Source: Planctomycetota bacterium
Lineage (GTDB): Bacteria > Planctomycetota > UBA1135 > UBA2386
Assembly: GCA_050245995.1 (NCBI GenBank)
Contig: JBFWWV010000029.1
Coordinates: 14,652 to 78,651, forward strand
Direction of reading: 5' to 3'
DNA: 64,000 nucleotides
The notes beneath the pieces were generated by a model, which saw only the letters and a list, made by a program, of their open reading frames with translations, was not told the origin of the DNA and searched no databases. Position 1 is the first letter of the stretch, and each line of letters begins with the position of its first letter. Positions 1-11,378 of this stretch are shown here, in pieces. A program made the position numbers and the translations under genes.

Positions 1-1058
1 TCCGCCAGCTCCAGGTGCCGGCGCCGGGCGCCGCGCTGCGGCACCAGCAGCTCGACGCTGCCGCCGCGCTTCCTGCGCAGCCAGTCGGCGATCAGCGCGC
101 CCTCGGCCGGCTGCGCCGGCAGCAGCACCACCGGCGGCACGTGGCGGTCGCCCTCGTACAGCCGCGGCAGCAGGTCGCCCAGCAACAGCTCGGTCGGCAG
201 CTCGCTGCGGAACGTGAACCGCCGGCACGCCTCGAGCGCCCCGTCGCGGAACAGCAGGAACGCGCAGGTGACCTCGTCGCCGACGCGGTACAGCCCGAGC
301 GCGTCCTCGTCGCCCTCGCGGCCGACCACCGTCTGGCGCGCCGCCACCGACTGCAGCGCCTCGAGCTGCAGCTTCAGCGCCTGCGCGCGCTCGAACTGCA
401 GGTCGGCCGCCGCCGCGGTCATCTCGCGCTGCAGATCGCGCAGCACCGCGCCGCTGTCACCGCGCAGGATCCGCAGCGACTGCTGCAGCAGGTCCTCGTA
501 GGCCGGGCGCTCGATCAGCCCGGTGCACGGCGCCGGGCAGCGTCCGATCTGGTGCTTGATGCACGGCCGGCTGCGGTTGTGGAACACCGCGTCGCTGCAG
601 TCGCGCAGCGGCACGATCTTGTGCAGCAGGCGCAGCGTGCGGCGCACCGCCTTGGCCGACGCGTAGGGGCCGAAGTAGAGCGCGCCGTCGTCGCGGCGCC
701 GGCGCACCAGCCGGTACCACGGCCACGGCTCGTTGGGGTCCAGCCGCAGCAGCAGGAACGCCTTGTCGTCCTTCAGCTTGATGTTGTAGCGAGGCTGGCG
801 CTTCTTGATGACGGTGTTCTCGAGCAGCAGCGCCTCGGGCTCGTTGGCGGTGGCGACGAACTCGACGTCCGCGGCCTCGTGCTCGAGGAAGCGCAGCTGC
901 GGCCGCCCGTCGCCGCCGGGCCGCAGGTAGCTGCGCACGCGCGCGCGCAGGTCGGCGGCCTTGCCGACGTAGAGCGCCTGACCGCGAGCGTCGACGAAGA
1001 CGTACACGCCCGGGCCGTCCGGGAAGCGCGCGACCTTGTCGGCGATGCGCGGGTCCAT
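1..1058 (-). CDS. uvrC: Excinuclease ABC subunit C (5' part; runs off window edge)
   Basis: Translated by hand from ATG at 1058: MDPRIADKVARFPDGPGVYVF..LYVGKAADLRARVRSY..ALLLENTVIKKRQPRYNIKLKDDK (GIY-YIG domain of UvrC); directly downstream of uvrB. Confidence 0.95.
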   Translation of the reverse strand, partial: MDPRIADKVARFPDGPGVYVFVDARGQALYVGKAADLRARVRSYLRPGGDGRPQLRFLEHEAADVEFVATANEPEALLLENTVIKKRQPRYNIKLKDDKAFLLLRLDPNEPWPWYRLVRRRRDDGALYFGPYASAKAVRRTLRLLHKIVPLRDCSDAVFHNRSRPCIKHQIGRCPAPCTGLIERPAYEDLLQQSLRILRGDSGAVLRDLQREMTAAAADLQFERAQALKLQLEALQSVAARQTVVGREGDEDALGLYRVGDEVTCAFLLFRDGALEACRRFTFRSELPTELLLGDLLPRLYEGDRHVPPVVLLPAQPAEGALIADWLRRKRGGSVELLVPQRGARRRHLELA

Positions 1059-1064
1059 GGGCCG

Positions 1065-3131
<2,067 letters not shown>

Positions 3132-3214
3132 CGGCGGCGGCGATGATGGGACGCGCCACGGGTCGACGCCAGTCCTCGTTCGCCCCTCCACACGCGGTTG
3201 GTGGCAGACGACGG

Positions 3215-5695
3215 TCAGTAGGTCTCGAGCGTGTCGGCCAGCGTGTTCGTGAGCCGCAGCGCACCGGCGCCGTCGTCCAGCAGCGCCTGCACGTAGAACT
3301 GCACACCGCGCAGGGCCGACAGCTCCGGGATTGGCACGGTGATCCCCACCATGCGCCCGCTGGTCGGCGGCCCGAGCAGGGCCAGCTGCCACAGCGCCGC
3401 CGGGTCGATGCCCAGCGTACCGAACGGCGGCACCGCCGTCGCGCTCGGCGCGGCGCCGACGAGGATCGCCGCGCCGCCCAGCGCGCCGTGCACCTCGAGC
3501 GGATAGTCGCGGCCGCTGCGCAGCGGCAACGGCGCCAGCAGATGGCGGGTCAGGTTGGCGTACAGCGCGTGCTGACGCTCCATCAGGGTCAGGAGGTCCA
3601 GATCGCCGTCCCCGTCGAAGTCGGCGAGGAACTGGTCCGTGGCGCCCTGGGAGTCGATGGGAAGCGCATCGCCCCGCTGGCTGTAACGCATGTTCACGGG
3701 CAGCTCGTTCCAGACCATGGCGTCCCCCGGATGGTTGGGGCTCCGGTTGCCGAACACACAGTCGGGGTCGCCGTCGCCGTCGACGTCGCCGATCGCCAGG
3801 GTCTCGGTGTGGGTGAAGTACGAGTTCTGAACCTGGTGCAGCGCGAAATTGCCGAGGCCGTCGTTCAGGTGGTACGTCTCCCACGGGCCATCGTTGCTGG
3901 GGAAGCAATCGCCGCGACAGCCATTGGCGCAGACCAGGTCGAGGTCGCCATCGCCGTCGAGATCGACGGGCTCGACAACCAGGGAGCGGCCGTCGCCCTG
4001 CCCCTGCAGCTGCGACGGTGTGAAGACTCCTGCGCCGCCGTTGATGCGCAGCCAGGGATGCGCTCCGCCGCCGACGATGTCCAGATCGCCGTCGCCGTCG
4101 AGATCGCCCAGCGCCACGCTGGTGTCGGGGATGATGCTGCCGCCCAACTGCGCCGAGGCGTCGACGAACGCGAATGCAGGCGATCCGGCGGTCTGCCGGA
4201 ACAGTGCGTTGGGCAGGACGAGGTCTTGCAGCCCGTCGCCGTCGACGTCGCCGAACCGGCTCGGCAACTCCGTCAACCCCGGCGCTGCGATGTTCGCCTG
4301 CACGGTGAACGATGTCCCGTTGAAGGTCAGCAGGGACCAGGAACCGACACCGACGATCGCGACCTCGAGCTGTCCGTTCCCGTCGATATCGGCGACCGTG
4401 GGCCTTCCAGTCGGCATCCCACCGAGCTGCACGGCGTCGAAGCGGCCACGACCGTCGTTCCGCAGCAGCCAGCCGCCGCCGTCACAGGCGAGCACGTCGG
4501 GATCCCCATCGCCGTCGAAGTCCGCCACCGCCGTGCGCCGCGACGCGAGTCGGTCGAGATCGCCGCGTCGGGGCGAGGTGTAGCGGCCCGAACCGTCGTT
4601 GTACCATGTGCGCACTCCGAGTCCGCCGCCCCAGGACAGCAGGTAGTGGTCCGCCGAGCCGCTCCCTGTCAGGAGATCGAGATCGCCGTCGCCATCCGTG
4701 TCGATGGCTGCGATCGCGCTGACGATGCCGGCACCGAACGTCGACCAGGGCTGGAACGTCCCTCCGACATTGCGCAGCAGCACGCCGCCGTTCCGGCTGC
4801 CGAGCGCCAGGTCGACGTCCCCGTCGCCGTCGGCGTCCAGCGTCGCCACGGCGGCCCAGTCGTCCGCCGCCACCTGGAGCACCGAACTGATGTCGGCGAA
4901 GCGGCCCGTACCGTCGTTCTGCAACAGGATCGGCATGCCCGGCAGCAACGGGATACCGACCAGGTCGAGGTCGCCGTCCGCGTCGATGTCGGCGACGGCG
5001 TAGTCGGCCATGCCCGAAGCCCCCGCCGGCAGGTTGGTCGCGCTGACGTCGGTGAAGAAGCCGGTGCCGCCGTTCTGCAGCAGCAGCCCGTTCCAAATCG
5101 CGTCGTCGTCGCCGTCGCCGTCGAAGTCACCTGCAGCGATGGCAGCACCGCTGGCGGTCGCGGCGGGAAGGCGTCCTGACTCGCGCACGTAGGTCAGCTG
5201 GCCGCCAGAGACGACGCTGTGCAAGACCTGGGTCGACGTCAGGACGTCGGCCCGATTGTCACCATCGAGGTCGAGAACCGCGGTCTTGCTGGTCATCATG
5301 TCGAACGAACCCGGTCCGAAAGTGAGCGGCCCGCCGACATTCTGCAGCACGCTGTTCGTCCCCAGGATGTCCAGGTCGCCGTCGCCATCCACGTCGCCGA
5401 GGCCGCAGAAGAAGGCTCTCGTGGAGAGCTCGGTCCGGAACGTTCCGTCGCCGTTGCCCAGGTAGAGCACGGGCAAGCCGACGAAGTAGAAGGAGCCGAA
5501 GGAGGCGCTGCCGACCGCCACGTCGTCGAACCCGTCGCCGTTGATGTCGATGACGTAGAGCTCGTGCACCCGCAGCAGATCACGCGGGAACAGTTCGCGG
5601 TCCGTGTCCGCGAACCAGCGCTGCGCCAGCAGCGGCGAGGAGGCGAGCGCAACCACGATCAGAGCAGCGGCGGACGACACGAGACGGGCAAGCAT
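3215..5695 (-). CDS. Secreted FG-GAP/VCBS-repeat (integrin-like beta-propeller) protein with lineage-type C-terminal module
   Basis: Signal peptide, AAAGGAG RBS, 14 DxDGDGDxD-type repeats counted by eye. Confidence 0.85.
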   Translation of the reverse strand: MLARLVSSAAALIVVALASSPLLAQRWFADTDRELFPRDLLRVHELYVIDINGDGFDDVAVGSASFGSFYFVGLPVLYLGNGDGTFRTELSTRAFFCGLGDVDGDGDLDILGTNSVLQNVGGPLTFGPGSFDMMTSKTAVLDLDGDNRADVLTSTQVLHSVVSGGQLTYVRESGRLPAATASGAAIAAGDFDGDGDDDAIWNGLLLQNGGTGFFTDVSATNLPAGASGMADYAVADIDADGDLDLVGIPLLPGMPILLQNDGTGRFADISSVLQVAADDWAAVATLDADGDGDVDLALGSRNGGVLLRNVGGTFQPWSTFGAGIVSAIAAIDTDGDGDLDLLTGSGSADHYLLSWGGGLGVRTWYNDGSGRYTSPRRGDLDRLASRRTAVADFDGDGDPDVLACDGGGWLLRNDGRGRFDAVQLGGMPTGRPTVADIDGNGQLEVAIVGVGSWSLLTFNGTSFTVQANIAAPGLTELPSRFGDVDGDGLQDLVLPNALFRQTAGSPAFAFVDASAQLGGSIIPDTSVALGDLDGDGDLDIVGGGAHPWLRINGGAGVFTPSQLQGQGDGRSLVVEPVDLDGDGDLDLVCANGCRGDCFPSNDGPWETYHLNDGLGNFALHQVQNSYFTHTETLAIGDVDGDGDPDCVFGNRSPNHPGDAMVWNELPVNMRYSQRGDALPIDSQGATDQFLADFDGDGDLDLLTLMERQHALYANLTRHLLAPLPLRSGRDYPLEVHGALGGAAILVGAAPSATAVPPFGTLGIDPAALWQLALLGPPTSGRMVGITVPIPELSALRGVQFYVQALLDDGAGALRLTNTLADTLETY

Positions 5696-5787
5696 CGGCT
5701 CTCCTTTCAGGCAGATGGCAGTTCCGGCCCCACGATCGAGCGCCGATCGTAGCCTGTGTGCGCGCGGCGGTCACGGGCCGCTGACGG

Positions 5788-7053
5788 TCAGGCCCGCCTC
5801 GTCACCGCCAGCGCCACGTTCTCTTCGCGCAGCAGCTCGGCGCGGCGCGCCTCGACGTCGTCGAGCTGCAGGTGCTCGAGCACCTGGAGGCCCTCGAACG
5901 GCGGCGCGCCCTCGAGCTCCTCGTGGGCGTGGCCGAACGCCAGGGCGCGGGCGCTCTCGCAGCCGCGCACGTAGGCGCCGAGCTGGCGGCGGCGCAGCCG
6001 TTCGAGCTGCTCGTCGTCGAAGCGCACGTCGGCGAACAGCGCCCGCCGCACGGCCCGCTCGGCCGCCGCCGGGTCGTCGGCGTCGCAGCCGACGGTGGCG
6101 ACGCCGAAGCCGCGTTCGCCCATGTAGCCGGCGCCGAGCGTGTCGTCGACCTCGCCGCGCCGATGCATCGCCTCGCGCAGCTCGCTGCTGGCGGCGAACA
6201 GGCGGTCGAGCACGACGCCGGTGGCGGCGGCGCGCTCGGCCCGGGCGCGCCAGCTGGTCGCCTCGCGGCGCTCCTTGAGCCCGAACAGGAGCTTCGACCG
6301 CGCCACCGACATCGATCGCTCGGCGCGGGGCGCGCCGGCCGGCCCGAAGTCGGCCGCGGTGAACCGCTCCGGCGCCGGCCCCGCCGGCAGCGGGCAGGCC
6401 TCGGCCAGCGCCTGCACCTGCTCGGGCGTCACCGGCCCGGCGACGGCCAGCGCGGCGTTGCCGGTGCGGTAGAACGCCGCCCAGCTCTGCAGCAGCACCT
6501 CGGGCGTGATCTGCTCGATCGACGCGACCGTTCCGCCGACCGTGTGCCGCACCGGGTGCTCCGGGTACAGCGCCGCGAGCAGCAGGAACGCCGTGCAGTG
6601 GTCCGGCGAGTCCTCGTACATCCGCACCTCCTGGGCGATGATGCCGCGCTCCTTCTGCACGTTCTCGGCGGTGATGTGCGGCTTGCCGACCAGCCGCAGC
6701 AGGTCGCCGAGGTTCTCGTCGATCCGGTCGCTGGCCTGGAAGAAGTAGGTGGTCCGCGTGAACCCGGTCTGCGCGTTGACCCGCGCACCGCGCGCGCCGA
6801 AGCGCTGGAACACCGCCAGCTCCTCGTCCTCGAACAGCTTGTGCTCCAGGTAGTGCGCGGTGCCGGCGGGCGTCTCGACGACCTCGGCGCCGCGTCGGAA
6901 GCGCAGGTCGGTGCTGCCGTAGGCGAACGTGATCACCGCCGCGGTCTCGCTGAGCGCGGGCCGCGGCAGCACGCGCACGCGCAGGCCGCTGGCGGTGGTG
7001 AAGCGGACGACGTCCTCGCCGACCACCGGGTCGCGGATCCGTTCGAAGCTCAT
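5788..7053 (-). CDS. M16 family zinc peptidase, catalytic subunit (YmfH-like)
   Basis: Inverted zinc motif HYLEHKLFE, NAQT..RTTY, ERGIIAQEVRMYEDSP; start overlaps upstream stop (ATGA). Confidence 0.9.
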   Translation of the reverse strand: MSFERIRDPVVGEDVVRFTTASGLRVRVLPRPALSETAAVITFAYGSTDLRFRRGAEVVETPAGTAHYLEHKLFEDEELAVFQRFGARGARVNAQTGFTRTTYFFQASDRIDENLGDLLRLVGKPHITAENVQKERGIIAQEVRMYEDSPDHCTAFLLLAALYPEHPVRHTVGGTVASIEQITPEVLLQSWAAFYRTGNAALAVAGPVTPEQVQALAEACPLPAGPAPERFTAADFGPAGAPRAERSMSVARSKLLFGLKERREATSWRARAERAAATGVVLDRLFAASSELREAMHRRGEVDDTLGAGYMGERGFGVATVGCDADDPAAAERAVRRALFADVRFDDEQLERLRRRQLGAYVRGCESARALAFGHAHEELEGAPPFEGLQVLEHLQLDDVEARRAELLREENVALAVTRRA

Positions 7054-8330
7054 GCGCTCGCCTCCGGCAGCAACGCGTAGTCGAGGTCCAGCCACAGCGA
7101 CGCGGCCGCGGCCGCCACGGCGTCACGGCCGACCGCCGCCAGCGCGGCGATGCGCTGCTCGGGGGTCTGGTCGATGCCGCGCAGCCACTGCTCGGCCGTG
7201 AACGACAGGCGCGCGGCGGCGCTGTCGTCGACGCTGCGCAGCGGCGACTGCACCTGGGCGATCGCCGTCGCCAGTTCGTCGTCGGTGAACGCGCCGGCGG
7301 CCAGCTCGCGCAGCTGGGCTGCGACCTGCTCGCGCACGGCCGGGGCGGCGCCGGCGTCGCAGGCGACCTGCACCAGCACCAGCCCCTTGTCGGCGTCGCC
7401 GCCGGCGCTCGCGTAGTAGCACAGCGACAGGCGCTCGCGCACCTCGCGGAACAGTCGCGAATGCGGCCCGCCGCCCCACAGCGACACCGCCACCTGCAGC
7501 GCACAGCGCGCGGCCGCCGTGGTCGGCGGCGGCACCCTGTGCACCAGCACCAGCTTGGCCTGCTGCATCGGCGCGCGCTCCTCGCGGGTCCGCGCCGGCC
7601 GCGGCGCCGGCAGCCGGATCGGCGGCAGTGCCGCCGCAGCGTCCTGCGGCAGCGACGCCAGCAGCGGCTCGATCGCGGCGATCGGGTCGGCCGGCAGCTT
7701 GCCGGACAGCAGCACCGCGCGGCGGCCGCGGCGCAGGAAGTCGTCGAGCATGGCCGCCGGCGCGCGGGCGTCGAGCGCCTCGAGCGCGGCCTCGCCGCCG
7801 TGGTCGGGCACGCCGTACGGCTCGCCCTCGCAGGCCTCGATCACCGCCCGCAGCCGCGCCCAGTGCGCCTTGTCGTCCCAGGCCGCACCCGCCGCGGCCA
7901 GCGCCTGCGCGCGCTCGCGCTCGAATACGGCGGCCGGGAACGCGCCGTCCTCGAGCTGCGGCCGCAGCAGGTGCTCGCGCAGCAACCCCAGCACCGCGGC
8001 GAACTGGTCCGGCCGATCGGGCAGGAAGTCGCCGGCCACGGCGTCCGCCGACAGCCGCAGCACCGTCGACTCGCCGCAGCGCCCGGTCGCGAACCCCAGC
8101 CCGAGTCCGTAGAGCATTTCGCGCGCGCGCGCCAGCGCCGGCCGGTCGGGGTGCGCCGCGGTGCCGTGCTGCAGCAGCTGGGGCAGGATGGCCCGGGCCG
8201 CCTGCCCGGCGTCGAGCGGCCGCTGCCACAGCAGCGACAGGCGGAAGGTCTTGTAGCGGTCGGCCGGCCGCGCCAGCACGGGCGTGCCGTGTGCGGTGGC
8301 CAGAGCAAAGCCTGCAAACGTGGAGTCCAT
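7050..8330 (-). CDS. M16 family peptidase, non-catalytic partner (YmfF-like)
   Basis: KTFRLSL.., GGGPHSRLFREVRERLSLCYYASA; no HxxEH; coupled to the catalytic M16 gene. Confidence 0.85.
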   Translation of the reverse strand: MDSTFAGFALATAHGTPVLARPADRYKTFRLSLLWQRPLDAGQAARAILPQLLQHGTAAHPDRPALARAREMLYGLGLGFATGRCGESTVLRLSADAVAGDFLPDRPDQFAAVLGLLREHLLRPQLEDGAFPAAVFERERAQALAAAGAAWDDKAHWARLRAVIEACEGEPYGVPDHGGEAALEALDARAPAAMLDDFLRRGRRAVLLSGKLPADPIAAIEPLLASLPQDAAAALPPIRLPAPRPARTREERAPMQQAKLVLVHRVPPPTTAAARCALQVAVSLWGGGPHSRLFREVRERLSLCYYASAGGDADKGLVLVQVACDAGAAPAVREQVAAQLRELAAGAFTDDELATAIAQVQSPLRSVDDSAAARLSFTAEQWLRGIDQTPEQRIAALAAVGRDAVAAAAASLWLDLDYALLPEASA

Positions 8331-8392
8331 TCGATCCCGGGCGGCGGCATCATGCAGGACGGAACGGGCGCGGACCAGCACGAGCGGCGCGG

Positions 8393-8398
8393 TATGAT
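8393..8398 (+). promoter_or_regulatory. -10 box TATGAT, leaderless configuration
   Basis: 7 nt before ATG 8406. Confidence 0.55.
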
Positions 8399-8405
8399 CG
8401 CCGCC

Positions 8406-9557
8406 ATGAAGCTCCCGCTCGCCCTGCACCTCGACCGGATCCCCCCCGCCGCATCGATCGCCCGGATCGGCGCGCTCTCGCTGGCGCTGGCGACGTGGCT
8501 GGCCGCCGGACTGGCCGCCCAGCAGACCAAGGTCGTGCCGCGCGGCATGGACTTCGTCGAGGGTCCCTCGGTCCTGACCAACCCGTTCTCGCGGACGACC
8601 GACGGGATGCAGATCCTGTTCGACGCCAGCGAGATCACCGGCACCGTCGCGATCATCAACAGCATCCGGTTCCGGCCGTCGCAGTCGACGCTGACCTCGG
8701 CGTCGTTCACCAAGCCGTACAGCGTCACCGCCTACATCGTGCCGACCACGGCCGCGGCCTTCGAGGCGATGCCGACCCCGTACGACCCGAACACCGTGAT
8801 CGCCGGCGCCACGCCGACCGTCGTGTTCAGCGGCCCGATCACGTTCCCCGCCGGCGGGCCGCTGGCGGTGGCGCCGGCGCCGTTCTCGATCGTGTTCCCG
8901 TTCTCGCAGCCGTTCGTCTACGACAGCAGCCTCGGCAACCTGCTGTTGCAGATCGACACCACCGACCTGACGCCGACGCCCGGGACGTACCGCATCGACG
9001 CCGTGCAGTTCCGGTTCTCGCCGGTCTCCGGCGTCGTCGCCGACATCGACGGCCAGGGTTGCACCGTGCTCGGCAACTCGCTGAGCGAATCGACCCTCGA
9101 CGACAACGTGATCGTCGGCGGCTCGATCGACACGACGTTCACCAGCTCGGCGCCCGGCGCGTTCCCGGCGCTGCTGTCGTTCCTCGGCCTCGACCGCACC
9201 GACGTCGACCTCGCGCTGGTCGGGATGCCGGGCTGCACGGCGCGCACCGCCGCGCCGGTGGTGACCGACTTCCTGCTCGAGGCCGGCGGCGCCTATCCGC
9301 TGCTGTCGCGCCCGATCCCGCCGTCGACGGTGTTCATCGGCGTGCCGCTGGTGTCCCAGGCGCTGGGCTTCGCGCCGAGCGGCCAGCTCGCCGACAGCGC
9401 CGTCAGCAACGCCGAGGCGCTGCGCATCGGCGAGTCGACGGTGATCGTCACCGGCATGTGCGGCTTCCGCACCGTGACCTCGACCGTCGACAGCTGGTTC
9501 CACGGCGCCGTCGGCCAGTTCACGCCGGTGATGCAGCTCGAAGGTGTGTTCCCGTGA
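8406..9557 (+). CDS. Secreted hypothetical protein with GxGC..GC..SN C-terminal module
   Basis: Signal peptide ending AAQ, coding-like codon usage, TATGAT 7 nt before ATG. Confidence 0.75.
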   Translation: MKLPLALHLDRIPPAASIARIGALSLALATWLAAGLAAQQTKVVPRGMDFVEGPSVLTNPFSRTTDGMQILFDASEITGTVAIINSIRFRPSQSTLTSASFTKPYSVTAYIVPTTAAAFEAMPTPYDPNTVIAGATPTVVFSGPITFPAGGPLAVAPAPFSIVFPFSQPFVYDSSLGNLLLQIDTTDLTPTPGTYRIDAVQFRFSPVSGVVADIDGQGCTVLGNSLSESTLDDNVIVGGSIDTTFTSSAPGAFPALLSFLGLDRTDVDLALVGMPGCTARTAAPVVTDFLLEAGGAYPLLSRPIPPSTVFIGVPLVSQALGFAPSGQLADSAVSNAEALRIGESTVIVTGMCGFRTVTSTVDSWFHGAVGQFTPVMQLEGVFP

Positions 9558-9625
9558 CGGACCGGATCGGGACCGCGGCGCTCGGCCGGGCAACGGCCCG
9601 CGGCGCCGCCGCGCTGCGCGCGCCC

Positions 9626-10528
9626 ATGCACGCCACCCTGACCCTCGCCCTGGCCTGCGGCCTCGCCGCGGCGCAGGACGCCGCCGCGCCCGCCGCGCCG
9701 CCGTCGCCGACCGCGCCGACCGGCGCTGCCGACAGTGCCCCCGACCTCGAGGAGCTGGCCCGCCGCATCGACGCGGCCCACCGCACGGCCGAAGCCGCCC
9801 CGGTCACGGCGTTCGCCGCCGACCTGCGCATCCAGGAGATCAGCCGCGAGGCCGACCAGCACCGCGCCCAGTTCGAGCTGTCGGTGAAGTTCCTCGAGTG
9901 GCAGAACCCCGACACCGGTCGGCCGTGGCCGTTGATCCGCTACCGCCAGGCGGACGGCTCCCGCGACGTGGAGCAGGGCCGCGACCGCCAGGACTACTGG
10001 TCCCGGACCGACGGGCGCGTGCAGGACATGCGGGCGCGCGAATTCGAGACCGACCTGGCGCACTGCCGGCGCAACCTGAAGCTCGCGCGGCAGATGATCC
10101 GGTTCGTCGACCCCGCGGCGGTGCTGCGGGGGTTGCGCGATCCCGAGCCCGTCCTCGCCGACGAACTGCAGCAGGGCCGCACCACGCCGGTCCCGGTGTG
10201 GCGGGTTCGCGGTCGGCTGGACGCTTTCCCGCTGCGCCAGTACAGCGGCGACGACCTTCCCGTGCGCGCCACCGTGTTCGTCGAGCGCGACTCCAACCGC
10301 CTGGTCGGACTCGAGGTGCTGCCGATCGGCGCCGCCGACGAGCCCGCGCCGGCGGCCGGCGAGTTCCTGCGCTTCCTCGACCACCGGCTGATCCGCGGCC
10401 GCCTGGTGCCGATGCGCATCGTGCACTCCGCGGTCGAGCCCGACGGCCGCCGGCTGGCGCAGATGACCATCGAGATCACCACGCTGGACCTCGACGCGCA
10501 GCTGACCGCGACGGACTTCGACCGTTGA
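9626..10528 (+). CDS. Secreted hypothetical protein (possibly LolA/LolB-like fold)
   Basis: Signal peptide MHATLTLALACGLAAAQ, Pro/Ala linker, beta-rich body ending LTATDFDR; fold guess is weak; alternative GTG start at 9554. Confidence 0.65.
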   Translation: MHATLTLALACGLAAAQDAAAPAAPPSPTAPTGAADSAPDLEELARRIDAAHRTAEAAPVTAFAADLRIQEISREADQHRAQFELSVKFLEWQNPDTGRPWPLIRYRQADGSRDVEQGRDRQDYWSRTDGRVQDMRAREFETDLAHCRRNLKLARQMIRFVDPAAVLRGLRDPEPVLADELQQGRTTPVPVWRVRGRLDAFPLRQYSGDDLPVRATVFVERDSNRLVGLEVLPIGAADEPAPAAGEFLRFLDHRLIRGRLVPMRIVHSAVEPDGRRLAQMTIEITTLDLDAQLTATDFDR

Positions 10529-10613
10529 ACGGCTCCCCGCCGCGGCCAGCACTTGTCCTTAACTGCGACGCCGGGGGGTCGCGCGCCCGACCCGGTCTGC
10601 TAAAGTCCCCACA

Positions 10614-11375
10614 GTGATGGCGCCGAAGCTGGTCCCAGACCCGGACGTCCCGAAGACGGACGTGGGAAAGGTGCGCATGATCCTCCAACCCGTCAACCAG
10701 TCCGCGCGGACTCCCGCGCCATCGGTCCCGGATCCGATCGTTCACGTCGTCGACGATGAACCCGCGATCCAGGAGCTCTTCCGCCGCCTCGGCAGCGCCG
10801 AGAACTTCGCCGTCCGCGCCTACGGCAGCGCCGACGAGTTCCTCGACGGCGTCGACCCGCACGCCCCGGGCTGCCTCGTCCTCGACCTCAACCTGCCCGA
10901 CCGGTCGGGTCTCGAGGTGCTGACGATCCTCTCGGAGCGCGGCTACATCATGCCGGTCGTGTTCATGAGCGGTTGCGCCGGCGTCAACGAGGCCGTCCGC
11001 GCGCTCAAGCTCGGCAGCCTCGACTTCGTGCAGAAGCCGTTCGATCTGTCGGAGATGCTGGCGGCGATCCGCCGCGCGCTCGAGGCCAACGCGCAGCAGC
11101 GCACCGCCGAGCAGCAGCGCGTGGAGCTGCGCGCGCGGTTCACCGCGCTGACGCCGCGCGAGGCCGAGGTCATGGAGCTCGTGGTCGAGGGCCTGCCCAA
11201 CAAGCTCATCGCCACGCGCCTCGGCATCAGCCCGAAGACCGTCGAGGTGCACCGCTCGCACGTCATGCAGAAGACGCGGTCGAGCTCGCTCGCCGAGCTC
11301 GTGCGCCTCAACGTCGCCGCCGGCCTGGCCGCACCGCTGCGGGGCGAGGTCGAGTCCGAGCCGGTCCCCAGCTGA
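10614..11375 (+). CDS. FixJ/TtrR-type response regulator (REC + LuxR HTH)
   Basis: VHVVDDEP, CLVLDLNLP, DFVQKPF, LTPREAEVMELVVEGLPNKLIATRLGISPKTVEVHRSHVMQK. Confidence 0.93.
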   Translation: MMAPKLVPDPDVPKTDVGKVRMILQPVNQSARTPAPSVPDPIVHVVDDEPAIQELFRRLGSAENFAVRAYGSADEFLDGVDPHAPGCLVLDLNLPDRSGLEVLTILSERGYIMPVVFMSGCAGVNEAVRALKLGSLDFVQKPFDLSEMLAAIRRALEANAQQRTAEQQRVELRARFTALTPREAEVMELVVEGLPNKLIATRLGISPKTVEVHRSHVMQKTRSSSLAELVRLNVAAGLAAPLRGEVESEPVPS

Positions 11376-11378
11376 TCG

